A stretch of 64,000 nucleotides of DNA from Fimbriimonadia bacterium (GTDB lineage Bacteria > Armatimonadota > Fimbriimonadia > Fimbriimonadales > JABRVX01): the NCBI GenBank assembly GCA_041483895.1, contig JBGPGO010000006.1, positions 64,001-128,000 on the forward strand, read 5' to 3'. Both the position numbers and the translations under genes were made by a program. Positions 36,906-45,972 of this stretch are shown here, piece after piece; the first letter of the stretch is position 1; the number at the start of each line of letters is the position of its first letter. The notes under the pieces are model-generated. The model was not told the origin of the DNA and made no database searches. It saw only the letters and a list, made by a program, of their open reading frames with translations.

Positions 36906-38546
36906 ATGAACATGTTTCGGTGGCTATCATTCGCCGCCGCCATGATGGCGGTTTCGGCATTTGCGGATATCAAGATCAACGCGAATCTGAAGTCAGGGGA
37001 CGTACTATCCGGCAAGTATGTCGTGACAGTCACCTGCGAATCGGCCTCGACCATAACCCAGGTTGAATTCTATTTGAATGACAGCCTGCTCAGCACGGAC
37101 AGCAGCACGCCGTATGAAGCTCCGCTGGACACGCTGCTGGAAAAAGAGGGCCCTCAGAAGCTTGAGATCGCCGCCTATGCGGAAGATGGAACTTCGCAAA
37201 AGCAGACAGTCAATTTTGCAATCGACAACAAGATTGGACTCGGCGCGGCGCATCACACCGAAATTGGCGAGGGGGACCTGCGCGAAAAGAAATATGATGA
37301 TGCCGTGATCGCCGCTCGAACCGCATTGAAAGCCGATCCCAAATATGTGCCCGCCCTTATCGTTCTAGGCCGCGCGCTGATGGGGAACCGAGTCTTTGAT
37401 GAAGCGGAGAAGTATCTCCAGGATGCCATCGACATCGATCAGAACAACATTTTTGCTTATGGAATTCTTTCACAAGTCCATGTGCAGAAGGCGATCACCG
37501 TGCGCGCGATCGGGGCGAACGATGCGGCGAACACGGAAAAGAACTCCTACATGGCCGCGGCGGACGCTTTTCGAAAGAGCCTGGAATTGCAGATCGCGGC
37601 GCTTGGCCCAATCACCGCGGAGAATCGATCGAACGCGATCGATCTGCATATCCAGTTGGGCAACTACAGCAAGGCCCGCGAGCTGATCAAAGCGATCACT
37701 GTCACCGATATCAAAAACGTGCAGATGCACAATCGCCTGATGTTTGTGTTGATCCGGCGCGGCGAATTGACGGAGGCGCAGCGAATTTTCGACACCTTGC
37801 AGAAAAAGAAGATTGGCGATGGAGATACGATGGCGCTCGGGGCCGTGCTGGCATCTATGACCGGCAACAATGACCTGGCCGACAATCGGATTCAGGAGGC
37901 GATCAAGCAGGATCGGAGCAGCCTCACCGTCAAACTGTCGCAAGCCTACGTTCTGCTGGATCGCGGCAAGGTCAAGGATGTGAGAAACATCGTGCAGGAC
38001 CTGGAGCAGGGCGGGTTCACGCAGCCCGAGGTCTACTACTACCTTGGCCGCATGCACTATGCTCTCGGCGACTTCGATCTTTCGGACCGCAATTATCAGG
38101 ATGCTATTTCGCAAAATCCCTTGATGAGCGACGTGTTTGTTTCGCGGGGCATGGAGAGCTTGGCGGCGGCGATTAAAGCAACGGATGCATCGAAAACGCG
38201 CCACCTGCCGGTTGCCCAGAACTATTTTGACGTTGCACTGAAAGCGCGGCCGGAGACGGCGGGCGCGCTGGTGGGGAATGCGTTGGTGCTTGCCTATCTC
38301 GGCAAGAAAGCAGAGGCGGCTCGCTATGCGGACGGCGCGATGACGGTCGGTGGCGAGATGGCCTGGGTCAGCTACGTATGCGCCGGCGTCTATTCGCATG
38401 CCGGGCAAGCGGACAAGGCCATGGCGGCGCTGAACGCAGCGATGAAGCAGTCGCCCAATACGGTGCCGTTCGGCATGCCAAAGCTGGACGAGGCATTCAA
38501 GTATCTGTCGCGCTGGGGCCGGGCGCCTGTGCTGATACGGCCGTGA
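36906..38546 (+). CDS. exported Ig-like domain plus TPR protein
   Basis: Signal peptide; ITQVEFYLND..STDSSTPY (Big-type domain); TPR repeats. Confidence 0.8.
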   Translation: MNMFRWLSFAAAMMAVSAFADIKINANLKSGDVLSGKYVVTVTCESASTITQVEFYLNDSLLSTDSSTPYEAPLDTLLEKEGPQKLEIAAYAEDGTSQKQTVNFAIDNKIGLGAAHHTEIGEGDLREKKYDDAVIAARTALKADPKYVPALIVLGRALMGNRVFDEAEKYLQDAIDIDQNNIFAYGILSQVHVQKAITVRAIGANDAANTEKNSYMAAADAFRKSLELQIAALGPITAENRSNAIDLHIQLGNYSKARELIKAITVTDIKNVQMHNRLMFVLIRRGELTEAQRIFDTLQKKKIGDGDTMALGAVLASMTGNNDLADNRIQEAIKQDRSSLTVKLSQAYVLLDRGKVKDVRNIVQDLEQGGFTQPEVYYYLGRMHYALGDFDLSDRNYQDAISQNPLMSDVFVSRGMESLAAAIKATDASKTRHLPVAQNYFDVALKARPETAGALVGNALVLAYLGKKAEAARYADGAMTVGGEMAWVSYVCAGVYSHAGQADKAMAALNAAMKQSPNTVPFGMPKLDEAFKYLSRWGRAPVLIRP

Positions 38547-38548
38547 GC

Positions 38549-38773
38549 ATGGACTACACGAAGATCATTACGATTGAGCCGGGAAAGCGGAGTGGCAAGC
38601 CGTGCATTCGCGGCCTAAGAATAACAGTTTCTGACGTGCTGGATTATCTTGCGTCCGGAATGTCTCATGCGGAAATTTTGGGCGACTTCCCTGCGCTGAC
38701 GGAAGAAGATATCCGCGCCTGTCTCGCGTTTGCTGCCGACCGGGAGCGGCGCCTCCATTGTTCCGTCGTATGA
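38549..38773 (+). CDS. DUF433 family protein (putative antitoxin)
   Basis: PGKRSGKPCIRGLRITVSDVL and LTEEDIRACLAFA. Confidence 0.9.
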   Translation: MDYTKIITIEPGKRSGKPCIRGLRITVSDVLDYLASGMSHAEILGDFPALTEEDIRACLAFAADRERRLHCSVV

Positions 38774-38858
38774 CGATCCATTCTGCTTGAACCGATAATA
38801 TGGCTTCGGAGAGGTTCATCAGGCCCTCCCCGTACTTTTGCTGTGGAGGTCGTAATTC

Positions 38859-39638
38859 ATGCGCTTGTTCACCCTTTTGTCATTGGGCATCCTTGCCGCA
38901 GCTTCGTTCGGCCAGACCGCGTTCCGCGCAGCCACGAAACTCACGCTGGGCCAGTCGATGCATTTCACCCTCGAACAAAACGAGCAGAAAGATTTTTCCG
39001 TACAGCTTAGCGCTTCCAACTATTTCCTCCAGTGGGATGTACGGCGCCTGGACGAAAAGCCGGGCAACATGATCGCGACCGTCCAGTTTCTCAAGTCCAC
39101 GGGCGTTATGGTGAACAGCAGTCTTATGACCGTGAATGAGCTCCATACGGTGGCGCGGGTCGGCAAGCAGTTCCGTCCGGCCTCGGCGATCGCCGCCCGG
39201 CTGCGGGTTCGCAATCAAGAGGCCCCGATTGAGGTCTGGATGACCGTGATGCCCGCCGAAAAGCTGACGAATAGTCCGTTCGCTTGGAAGGACAAAGAGA
39301 TCAAGCCTCTTGGCATCGGGCCGAACGACGGGAAGGGCGGCATGCTCGACCGATGGGAGTGGCAATACCATAGCATCAAGCTTCCCGCCGGCAAGTATTC
39401 CGCGTCGCTCTATTTCCACAATGCCGACGGTACGAGCGGCAACCTGATTGGGCAGCTGGAGCTTTTCGATGCGAACGGGTTCCGCAAAGAGTCGTGGACG
39501 CTGCACATGAACGAGATCGGTGTGGAGGCGCGGACGGAGAAGACCTTCGTGGTGACCAAACCGACGACGGTGCTGTTCCGCGTGACCAACAACGAGCGTC
39601 CTATCGACTACACGATTGGGATCGCAACGGCGGACTAG
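38859..39638 (+). CDS. secreted hypothetical protein with two tandem beta domains
   Basis: Signal peptide; internal duplication; GGAGG SD. Confidence 0.75.
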   Translation: MRLFTLLSLGILAAASFGQTAFRAATKLTLGQSMHFTLEQNEQKDFSVQLSASNYFLQWDVRRLDEKPGNMIATVQFLKSTGVMVNSSLMTVNELHTVARVGKQFRPASAIAARLRVRNQEAPIEVWMTVMPAEKLTNSPFAWKDKEIKPLGIGPNDGKGGMLDRWEWQYHSIKLPAGKYSASLYFHNADGTSGNLIGQLELFDANGFRKESWTLHMNEIGVEARTEKTFVVTKPTTVLFRVTNNERPIDYTIGIATAD

Positions 39639-39639
39639 G

Positions 39640-40920
39640 CTAGCTCTGAGTTGAAATGCGGGCTGCCGCGCTGTTGCAAGTGGCGGCGGCTTCCCGCAGA
39701 TCCACCGATGGCGCATTTTCGCCGGCCATCCAGAGACCGGTGACGTCTTTCGCGCAGGCGCAATAGACCAGGGCATTTTCTATGTCACCAAGCGGCGTGG
39801 TGTGTGCGCCAGACAGATCAATCGTGATAAAATCGGCGCGCTTCCCTTCTCCCAGCGACCCGCATTCGCCGTCCCTGCCGAGGGTCCGCGCGCCGTCCAA
39901 GGTGGCCATTTTTAGCAAGGCTGGGGCTGGTATGGGCGCTTCGCTGAGGAAGCCGGCGGTGCGCATCTCCTCGAACATATCCACGCGATTGTTGGACATC
40001 AGGCTGTCTGTGCCGAGGCCAACGGGAATGCCGGCCTCCAAAAAACCGAAGAGGGGGGCGGTACCGACACCGAGTTTTCGGTTGGACTTCGGGCAGTGTG
40101 CGATGCCCGCCCCGGACGAAGCGATTTGTATAATTTCTTCCGGTAAAACTTGTACACAATGAACCAGTTGCATGTCCTCGTGGAGAAGCCCGAGGGACGC
40201 CAAATAGGGCACCGGACGGACGCCTGGATAGTCCACGGTCAGGCCGAACTCCCGAAACGCCTCCGCCAATTGGCCCTCGCCACTTGTCAGGAAATCCATC
40301 TCCGCGACCGATTCGGCGCAGTGGATTGACCGCCTGCCGCTTTCAAACCGCCGAAGCATCGCTGGGATCACGCTGTAGGGAGCGTGAGGCGAAACTTGCA
40401 CCTCGACCGCGTCGCCGCCTTCCTGCCGCTGGCGGGCCGCTTTCTCTTCGATCATCGCCAGCCTCTCGGTCGGCGATTCGGCTTCGTTGATGCAGATAAA
40501 CTCTTGGAAAACGACACCGCGGATGCCCGCCGCACGGATGGCCTGGGCGCAGACAGGCGCGTCGCTGTGCTCCCCAATCAGCCCGACCCCTGCGCGTGCG
40601 TTTTCGACCGCCCCGATCAGCGCCGCCGCCGCAAACTCTTCCTCGCTCGCCGACCGCTTCATCCGCGTAACGTTCTTGATCCACGGGACGAACGGACGCA
40701 CCTCATTCAGGTTTCGGAACAGGGTGTATTCCAGATGGGAATGGGCGTTGACGAACGCGGGAATCAAAGCCTGATACCCATGATCCACATCCGCCGGACC
40801 TCGAGCGGGACCGACCGAGACGATGTGGCCTTCGAAAACAACCACCTGGCCATCGGCGATGGGAGGGCCGGCAATCGGCAACACCCACGCCGCCCGGTGG
40901 ACTACAGAGGTATTTGCCAA
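39640..40920 (-). CDS. metal-dependent amidohydrolase (SsnA/MtaD-like; possibly aminodeoxyfutalosine deaminase)
   Basis: NAHSHLE, PHAPYS, HCAE, HCPKSN and GTDS motifs. Confidence 0.85.
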   Translation of the reverse strand: MANTSVVHRAAWVLPIAGPPIADGQVVVFEGHIVSVGPARGPADVDHGYQALIPAFVNAHSHLEYTLFRNLNEVRPFVPWIKNVTRMKRSASEEEFAAAALIGAVENARAGVGLIGEHSDAPVCAQAIRAAGIRGVVFQEFICINEAESPTERLAMIEEKAARQRQEGGDAVEVQVSPHAPYSVIPAMLRRFESGRRSIHCAESVAEMDFLTSGEGQLAEAFREFGLTVDYPGVRPVPYLASLGLLHEDMQLVHCVQVLPEEIIQIASSGAGIAHCPKSNRKLGVGTAPLFGFLEAGIPVGLGTDSLMSNNRVDMFEEMRTAGFLSEAPIPAPALLKMATLDGARTLGRDGECGSLGEGKRADFITIDLSGAHTTPLGDIENALVYCACAKDVTGLWMAGENAPSVDLREAAATCNSAAARISTQS

Positions 40921-41567
40921 GACAATGTGACCTGGTCGTAGGTCTGCTGCTTTACGTGGAGATCGCCGAACAGCACGTTGTACACATATTGCCGGCGCTT
41001 ATCGAAGCGCGTGCCGAAGTCTTCCGTCGGGAGGATGGGCGCCCATCCCAGATGCCAGTGGCCCGCGGCATCGAACAGCACGTTGATCCGCGCGCCGTCT
41101 TTGAAATTGGTAAACCGGATTTGGCGAAATGCGATTTCGGTGCGGAACACATAGCTGGTGCCAAATTTCTTGTAGAAGGTGGGTTGCGCGAACAGCTCCT
41201 GATCGTTGAAGTCCTCCACATACATGCCGTTATCGCCCGGGCAGAGCCAAATCTCCTTGCTCTTTTGGTATGGCTGGAGCACCTCGTGGAGGAAGGGCAT
41301 GAACGGGATCTGCTTCTGCCACTCGGGATATTGGTCCCAGATTTGGGGGGTGTACTTGTCCGTCGGGTCCACCGCCCAGGGGAATTTGTCATTGGCGTCC
41401 ATGCCATACATGCTCATGGACTTGCCGATCTGGTTCAGGTTGGAGATGCAGGTGGTGGTTTTCCCTTTTCGGCGGGCAGCGTTGAAGACCGGGAACAATA
41501 TGGCCGCGAGGAGGGCGATGATCCCGATAACCGTCAGCAGCTCGATAAGGGTGAATCCTTTTCTCAT
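40902..41567 (-). CDS. prepilin-type N-terminal cleavage/methylation domain protein (DUF1559-like)
   Basis: MRKGFTLIELLTVIGIIALLAAILFPVF, CISNLNQIG and C-terminal NVLFGDLHVK. Confidence 0.9.
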   Translation of the reverse strand: MRKGFTLIELLTVIGIIALLAAILFPVFNAARRKGKTTTCISNLNQIGKSMSMYGMDANDKFPWAVDPTDKYTPQIWDQYPEWQKQIPFMPFLHEVLQPYQKSKEIWLCPGDNGMYVEDFNDQELFAQPTFYKKFGTSYVFRTEIAFRQIRFTNFKDGARINVLFDAAGHWHLGWAPILPTEDFGTRFDKRRQYVYNVLFGDLHVKQQTYDQVTLSWQIPL

Positions 41568-41630
41568 GCCTCTGCTCTTGTATACCAGGCAAACGCGGCC
41601 GCCCGTTCCGAAACATGCCAAAATCCCCCC

Positions 41631-42074
41631 ATGAGCGCCCTGCCCCAGAGTTCTACCTGCTTCGTTTGCGGCGTGGACAATCCGCGCGGCCTTAGGCAAC
41701 AGTTTCACATCGAACAGGGTTGCGTGACCACTGTATTTCGGCCGGAACCTTCCCTTTGTGGGTATCCGGGGGTGGTGCACGGGGGGATTATCGCGGCGCT
41801 TTTGGACGAGACGATGGGGTGGGCGGCGGCGGTGGCGAAGCGGCATTTTTTCATCACGGCGGACCTTTCCGTCCGGTATCGGCGGGTGTTGCCGGATGGG
41901 CTGTCTTTTCGGGTGGTGGGGCGGTATTTGGGAGATAAGGTGGGGCTGTGGCTGACTTCGGGGGAGATTGTGGGGGAGGATGGGATGGTATATGTGACGG
42001 GTTCCGGGCGGTACGCCCCCGCGCCGGAGGAGGCCCATCGGCGGTTCTTGGAGCAGACGGGGTTGGATTGGTAG
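41631..42074 (+). CDS. PaaI-family (hotdog) thioesterase
   Basis: CFVCGVDNPRGL and GYPGVVHGGIIAALLDE. Confidence 0.9.
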   Translation: MSALPQSSTCFVCGVDNPRGLRQQFHIEQGCVTTVFRPEPSLCGYPGVVHGGIIAALLDETMGWAAAVAKRHFFITADLSVRYRRVLPDGLSFRVVGRYLGDKVGLWLTSGEIVGEDGMVYVTGSGRYAPAPEEAHRRFLEQTGLDW

Positions 42075-42076
42075 GT

Positions 42077-42200
42077 TGTCATTCCGACGGGTCTGTCATT
42101 CCGAAGCGGAGCGAGGAATCCCTTTCAAAAGCCCCCGCCTACTGAAACCGTTCTGAAAGGGATTCCTCGCTCCGCTTCGGAATGACAGTAGGAATGACAG
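42077..42200. repeat. TGTCATTCCG-family inverted repeat with extra outer half-sites
   Basis: Core at 42093-42188, flanked by TGTCATTCC and GGAATGACAG. Confidence 0.9.
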
Positions 42201-42243
42201 CAAGCCGCCGGTCGAGCGAACCGGCGGCCTGTAGCCAAATGAG

Positions 42244-42501
42244 CTAGTTCATGGACAGGTAATCAGTCGCCTCGTCGAAAAGCTCCTGCTCCAGCTCCGC
42301 GATGCTGGGCTCTTCCTCAATCGGCACGTGGCTTGGCCGGGGGCCGAATGGCAGCATATTCCCCCATGTGGTCAGAGGCATGGCGACCGCCTCCGGCAAA
42401 TCTGACAGGCCCTCATCCATTTCCGGCGTTTCCAGGGGTTCGCCGGGTTCCATCACACCATCCAAATCATAGCTTTTACGTTCATCTTCCCCAAACATCA
42501 T
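42244..42501 (-). CDS. small, highly acidic hypothetical protein
   Basis: GGAGGTG SD; 22 D/E versus 3 K/R in 85 aa; hairpin downstream at ~42204-42228. Confidence 0.7.
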   Translation of the reverse strand: MMFGEDERKSYDLDGVMEPGEPLETPEMDEGLSDLPEAVAMPLTTWGNMLPFGPRPSHVPIEEEPSIAELEQELFDEATDYLSMN

Positions 42502-42763
42502 CCACCTCCCCGAAACATACCCCCAATTGTCACCGCGAACCGCCGAAATGTCAAATGAAAAAGTTCCCGAGAACTACCAGGTTATGTGGGTCAATGGGTA
42601 AATCCTGTGTAGCATAACATAGATACGAATTCCGGGGGGAGGTGGTAGCAGGCACAGAGAGAACCGTGAGGTTCGGGAGGTGGCAGGTTGGGACTGGGTG
42701 TATGAGTTGCCGGTATCTATGCGGTGGGTGCATCCAAACATGGCAGGCACCAACGCAATTTGG

Positions 42764-43102
42764 CTAGTGACGGAGGAACGATAACAAGAGGCATATCCCA
42801 ACTGTCAATAGCAGTACACCGATACAACTCAGCCCATGGCGTCGTCGGGCCGATTCTCTCCAACGGCTATCCGTGTAGTAGGGTGGTGGTTGTGAGTAGA
42901 CTTCCAGGACTTGAACGTCTAGTAGCTCCACGATAAGGCGTACAGGTCTTCCCAACGCATCCCAAATCCGGATGGAGGAGTCGCTGTCCGTATTGTGATT
43001 CTCAAGAGCGAAAGCCAGCTGGTCTTCATCAACGATTTTGGTAGGACGCAATAACCATCCCTCAACAGTCAACGGATACTGTGGCGCCTGATCCAGGTTC
43101 AT
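42764..43102 (-). CDS. hypothetical protein with C-terminal transmembrane helix
   Basis: 112-aa ORF with hydrophobic tail; no recognised family. Confidence 0.5.
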   Translation of the reverse strand: MNLDQAPQYPLTVEGWLLRPTKIVDEDQLAFALENHNTDSDSSIRIWDALGRPVRLIVELLDVQVLEVYSQPPPYYTDSRWRESARRRHGLSCIGVLLLTVGICLLLSFLRH

Positions 43103-43282
43103 CGGTGAAATGACCCTCGCAATCGGTCTTTCGGGCTGCTCATCATATTTTCATCCCTCAACTGGTCCTCCTGTTGAGGGGCGTTCGGCAACCACCTCGG
43201 CTATCAAGAGAAGAGCTTTGAATTCCTCCACCATCACAATTGTGGAGGATGCGGATCGAGGAAATCGATGTCATTCGCAAAA

Positions 43283-44227
43283 TTAACCGTCCTTCCGATT
43301 TGGCTTTCTGAACAAGTAGTGGCCGGCGGCGGTGCGCAGGTCTTCGTCCGTCGCGTTTCTGTGGCATTTGGCCAGTCGGTTGCGCGGTAGACCGGGCGAC
43401 CCCTGCATTACATCGGGACCGTCCGTGTATACATCATGCGGAAGTATCTTTCGTCGCAGGCAGATGAGCTCAAATCCTGCCTCTTCAAAGATGGTAATAA
43501 TCTCGGCGGGAAGAAGGCGGTTGTGATAGAGCAGTTTGTGGCCGAATAGGGCGGAGTAGGTCGCATGAGAATAGGCCAGATGGTTTAGGAATGGCAGTTT
43601 TGGGTCCGCATGAAATAGATGATCTCGGTGATCGAATACATGCGATGCAACGCCGCCCGGTTGGAGTATCTGATGTTGTTCTCGAACGAATTCGCGCAGG
43701 ACTTCGGGACGATAATGTTCCAATACGCCGCCGGTATGACATAGATCGACAGATTCCGATTCGATCGGAATTTCTGCCGCGGAGTTGCCGTGGATGTATT
43801 TTCCACCAATCGATTCGATAGCATTCAGCGCCGTATCCGACCACCGCAGCGCCTCGATGGCATCCCGGCGCTCTTGGGTCCCGACGCCGAGCGAAAGTGC
43901 GCCGTTGACGCCGCGGGCAAGGTACCGATCCTGCAAGCGGGCATCGAAATTTGTGACGATGCCGGCGTTTCTCGTGTACAGATATGCCGCGAAAAACGGG
44001 AACGGAGTCCAACCGCCTTCATGAGTCCAGATCGTCAGCCCCTCCAATTCCAAACCACAGCGCTCGGTCCAGACCTTGACATAATTTGGCCAGACGCGGG
44101 CCAGCTTATCGACGTGAGTAGCTTGCGTGCCCAGATGCTTGCGCGTGAGCTCGCGATAAACGTGCGCGCCTCCGGGCAATCTGCCAAATGCCCCCAGAGC
44201 CGCTGCCTTTGCCATAGCCCGGATCAT
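43283..44227 (-). CDS. putative class I SAM-dependent methyltransferase
   Basis: ESVDLCHTGGVLEHY, ILQPGG and DHRDH; motif I atypical (HEGGW). Confidence 0.7.
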   Translation of the reverse strand: MIRAMAKAAALGAFGRLPGGAHVYRELTRKHLGTQATHVDKLARVWPNYVKVWTERCGLELEGLTIWTHEGGWTPFPFFAAYLYTRNAGIVTNFDARLQDRYLARGVNGALSLGVGTQERRDAIEALRWSDTALNAIESIGGKYIHGNSAAEIPIESESVDLCHTGGVLEHYRPEVLREFVREQHQILQPGGVASHVFDHRDHLFHADPKLPFLNHLAYSHATYSALFGHKLLYHNRLLPAEIITIFEEAGFELICLRRKILPHDVYTDGPDVMQGSPGLPRNRLAKCHRNATDEDLRTAAGHYLFRKPNRKDG

Positions 44228-45030
44228 GTGACATCCCCAGGCGGATCGTATAACACTTTCGCGACGTTATGCGAAACCTCTTGATCGAGCAGAATCCTAC
44301 CATCGGGCCGGATGAACCTTCGCCGAATCCGATTCTCGCGTATCCAACCGTCGTCAGTCTTGTGATATCCGTGTTCGGTCTCGTACACTTCCGCGTTCCA
44401 GCCGGGATCTTCTACGGCTCGCAATTCTCCCACCAGATATCCGTCTTGGATGCCGATGGATATCATGACAGGTTGCGTAAGTGGGTTTTCGAAGCGGAAA
44501 TCGGCGTAGTTGTAGAATACGGTTGCGCCGCAAGCAAACGGAACGGTGCGACGCTCATCGGGAAACATATCAAAGCCATGCCGATGCCGCTCGACAATGC
44601 GCATACCGCCGAATACCGCCAGCACGTAGAGCATGTTGGATACCTGACAACAGCCGCCGCCAACTCCTTTCGATTGCTGTCCTGCGTGCAGCTCCAGACC
44701 CATGCGAAATCCGCGCAGTCGCGTGGTTCGACCGACCGCGTGATGGTAGGAAAAAATCTGATACGGCTGGATGACCAGCCCATTTAGCATCGATGCGGCG
44801 AGGGCAACGTTGCGTTCTTTTCCTATTTGCAGCTTTTCGTCGTACACCGCCACCTGCCGGCGCAAGGGAGAACGATAAGTGGAAAGCTGATGCCGAAAGT
44901 TTGCGGCGTCCCGGCGATCGTGGGCGATGGAGTGGGACTCCAGTAGCCATCCGGGCAGCCGGCGCAGGCGCAACAGTTCCGCCCTTACCGGAAAGGGCAG
45001 CAGCGATCGAGCGGCTTGGTGGAGTGTCAT
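44224..45030 (-). CDS. VanW family protein
   Basis: IQPYQIFSY, GVGGGCCQVSN, ERHRH and GATVFYNYADFRFEN. Confidence 0.88.
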   Translation of the reverse strand: MTLHQAARSLLPFPVRAELLRLRRLPGWLLESHSIAHDRRDAANFRHQLSTYRSPLRRQVAVYDEKLQIGKERNVALAASMLNGLVIQPYQIFSYHHAVGRTTRLRGFRMGLELHAGQQSKGVGGGCCQVSNMLYVLAVFGGMRIVERHRHGFDMFPDERRTVPFACGATVFYNYADFRFENPLTQPVMISIGIQDGYLVGELRAVEDPGWNAEVYETEHGYHKTDDGWIRENRIRRRFIRPDGRILLDQEVSHNVAKVLYDPPGDVT

Positions 45031-45157
45031 TGATTTTACCTGTGCCGATGTCGTTGTACCCGATAAGAAGGGGCCCTTCACAGTGCGACTGTGAAGGGAT
45101 GTCTAACAAGAGGCCGTAGGAGGGCATGCTAGCAACGTATCAGATCCAATGAGTTTA

Positions 45158-45838
45158 CTAACGGTGAATGACTTTGGTTGCGGTTGCTGTATTTGGACGC
45201 CCCACTTTTCTCCCGCCGTATTGAAGATAATCACACTCCCAGTTATTGCTTATATCCATGCTCATCTTGATCGCGGAAATACCGCCGGTGTTAATCACGC
45301 CGAAGAATCGGTCCTCGCCCGTTTCTCCAGTGACATACCCATTATCCAACTGGAACGGTCCATACAGTCCCAATGAATTGCCATTCTTGTCGAATGCCTC
45401 GAACGTTACGTAATCGCCACCCACCCACCCCGAGCGGACGTCCGTAAAGACGAGCCCAGCATGTGTCGGAAGGGCTCCAAGCACGTTTTTATTGAATGCA
45501 AATGTGATAGACTTCACGCCGTTGGGAAAACCCGACCACCAGGAATGGCCATTTTGACCAGAACCGTCGATGGAACCGTCATCCGCATCCACCGAATCAG
45601 TAAAGGGGCCCGGACCCATAATAAATCCACCCGACGCGGTCACGCCGGGCGTATTCAATGCGCCGTCTTCGAAGTTTTCAAGATAGAAGTAACCTAAGTT
45701 GTTCCCATAAAATGGGCTGTCGGAGAACTGGAGATAAGGTGACGGCCCCAGGTAAGCTGACGGACTGGCTAAGCACGGGACGCCCATAGCGAGGGCAAAC
45801 GCGGACGCGACTAAAACCCTGTTGAAACGATAGAACAT
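45158..45838 (-). CDS. secreted protein resembling PEP-CTERM-type exoproteins
   Basis: GAGGAGG SD, signal peptide, PYLQFSDSPF..ENFEDG..NTPGV and EDRFFGV; no PEP-CTERM tail. Confidence 0.7.
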   Translation of the reverse strand: MFYRFNRVLVASAFALAMGVPCLASPSAYLGPSPYLQFSDSPFYGNNLGYFYLENFEDGALNTPGVTASGGFIMGPGPFTDSVDADDGSIDGSGQNGHSWWSGFPNGVKSITFAFNKNVLGALPTHAGLVFTDVRSGWVGGDYVTFEAFDKNGNSLGLYGPFQLDNGYVTGETGEDRFFGVINTGGISAIKMSMDISNNWECDYLQYGGRKVGRPNTATATKVIHR

Positions 45839-45972
45839 TAGAATCCTCCTCTTCAATCCCATCCATGCAGTACAGTGCTTGTAGGCATTATAACCGGGTA
45901 TTGGGCAGTTGGCGACGGCTATTTTGGTCCGGAGCGAAAAATGTTGAGTCCGGTATCATATCACCCACCGCC

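Noticed and set aside
40902..42074. two long overlapping antisense ORFs (378 and 386 aa)
   Set aside because: They resolve into two divergent genes (41567 minus, 41631 plus) with shadow extensions.
44224..45030. vancomycin-resistance cluster
   Set aside because: Only a VanW domain is present; no ligase, dehydrogenase, dipeptidase or VanRS adjacent.
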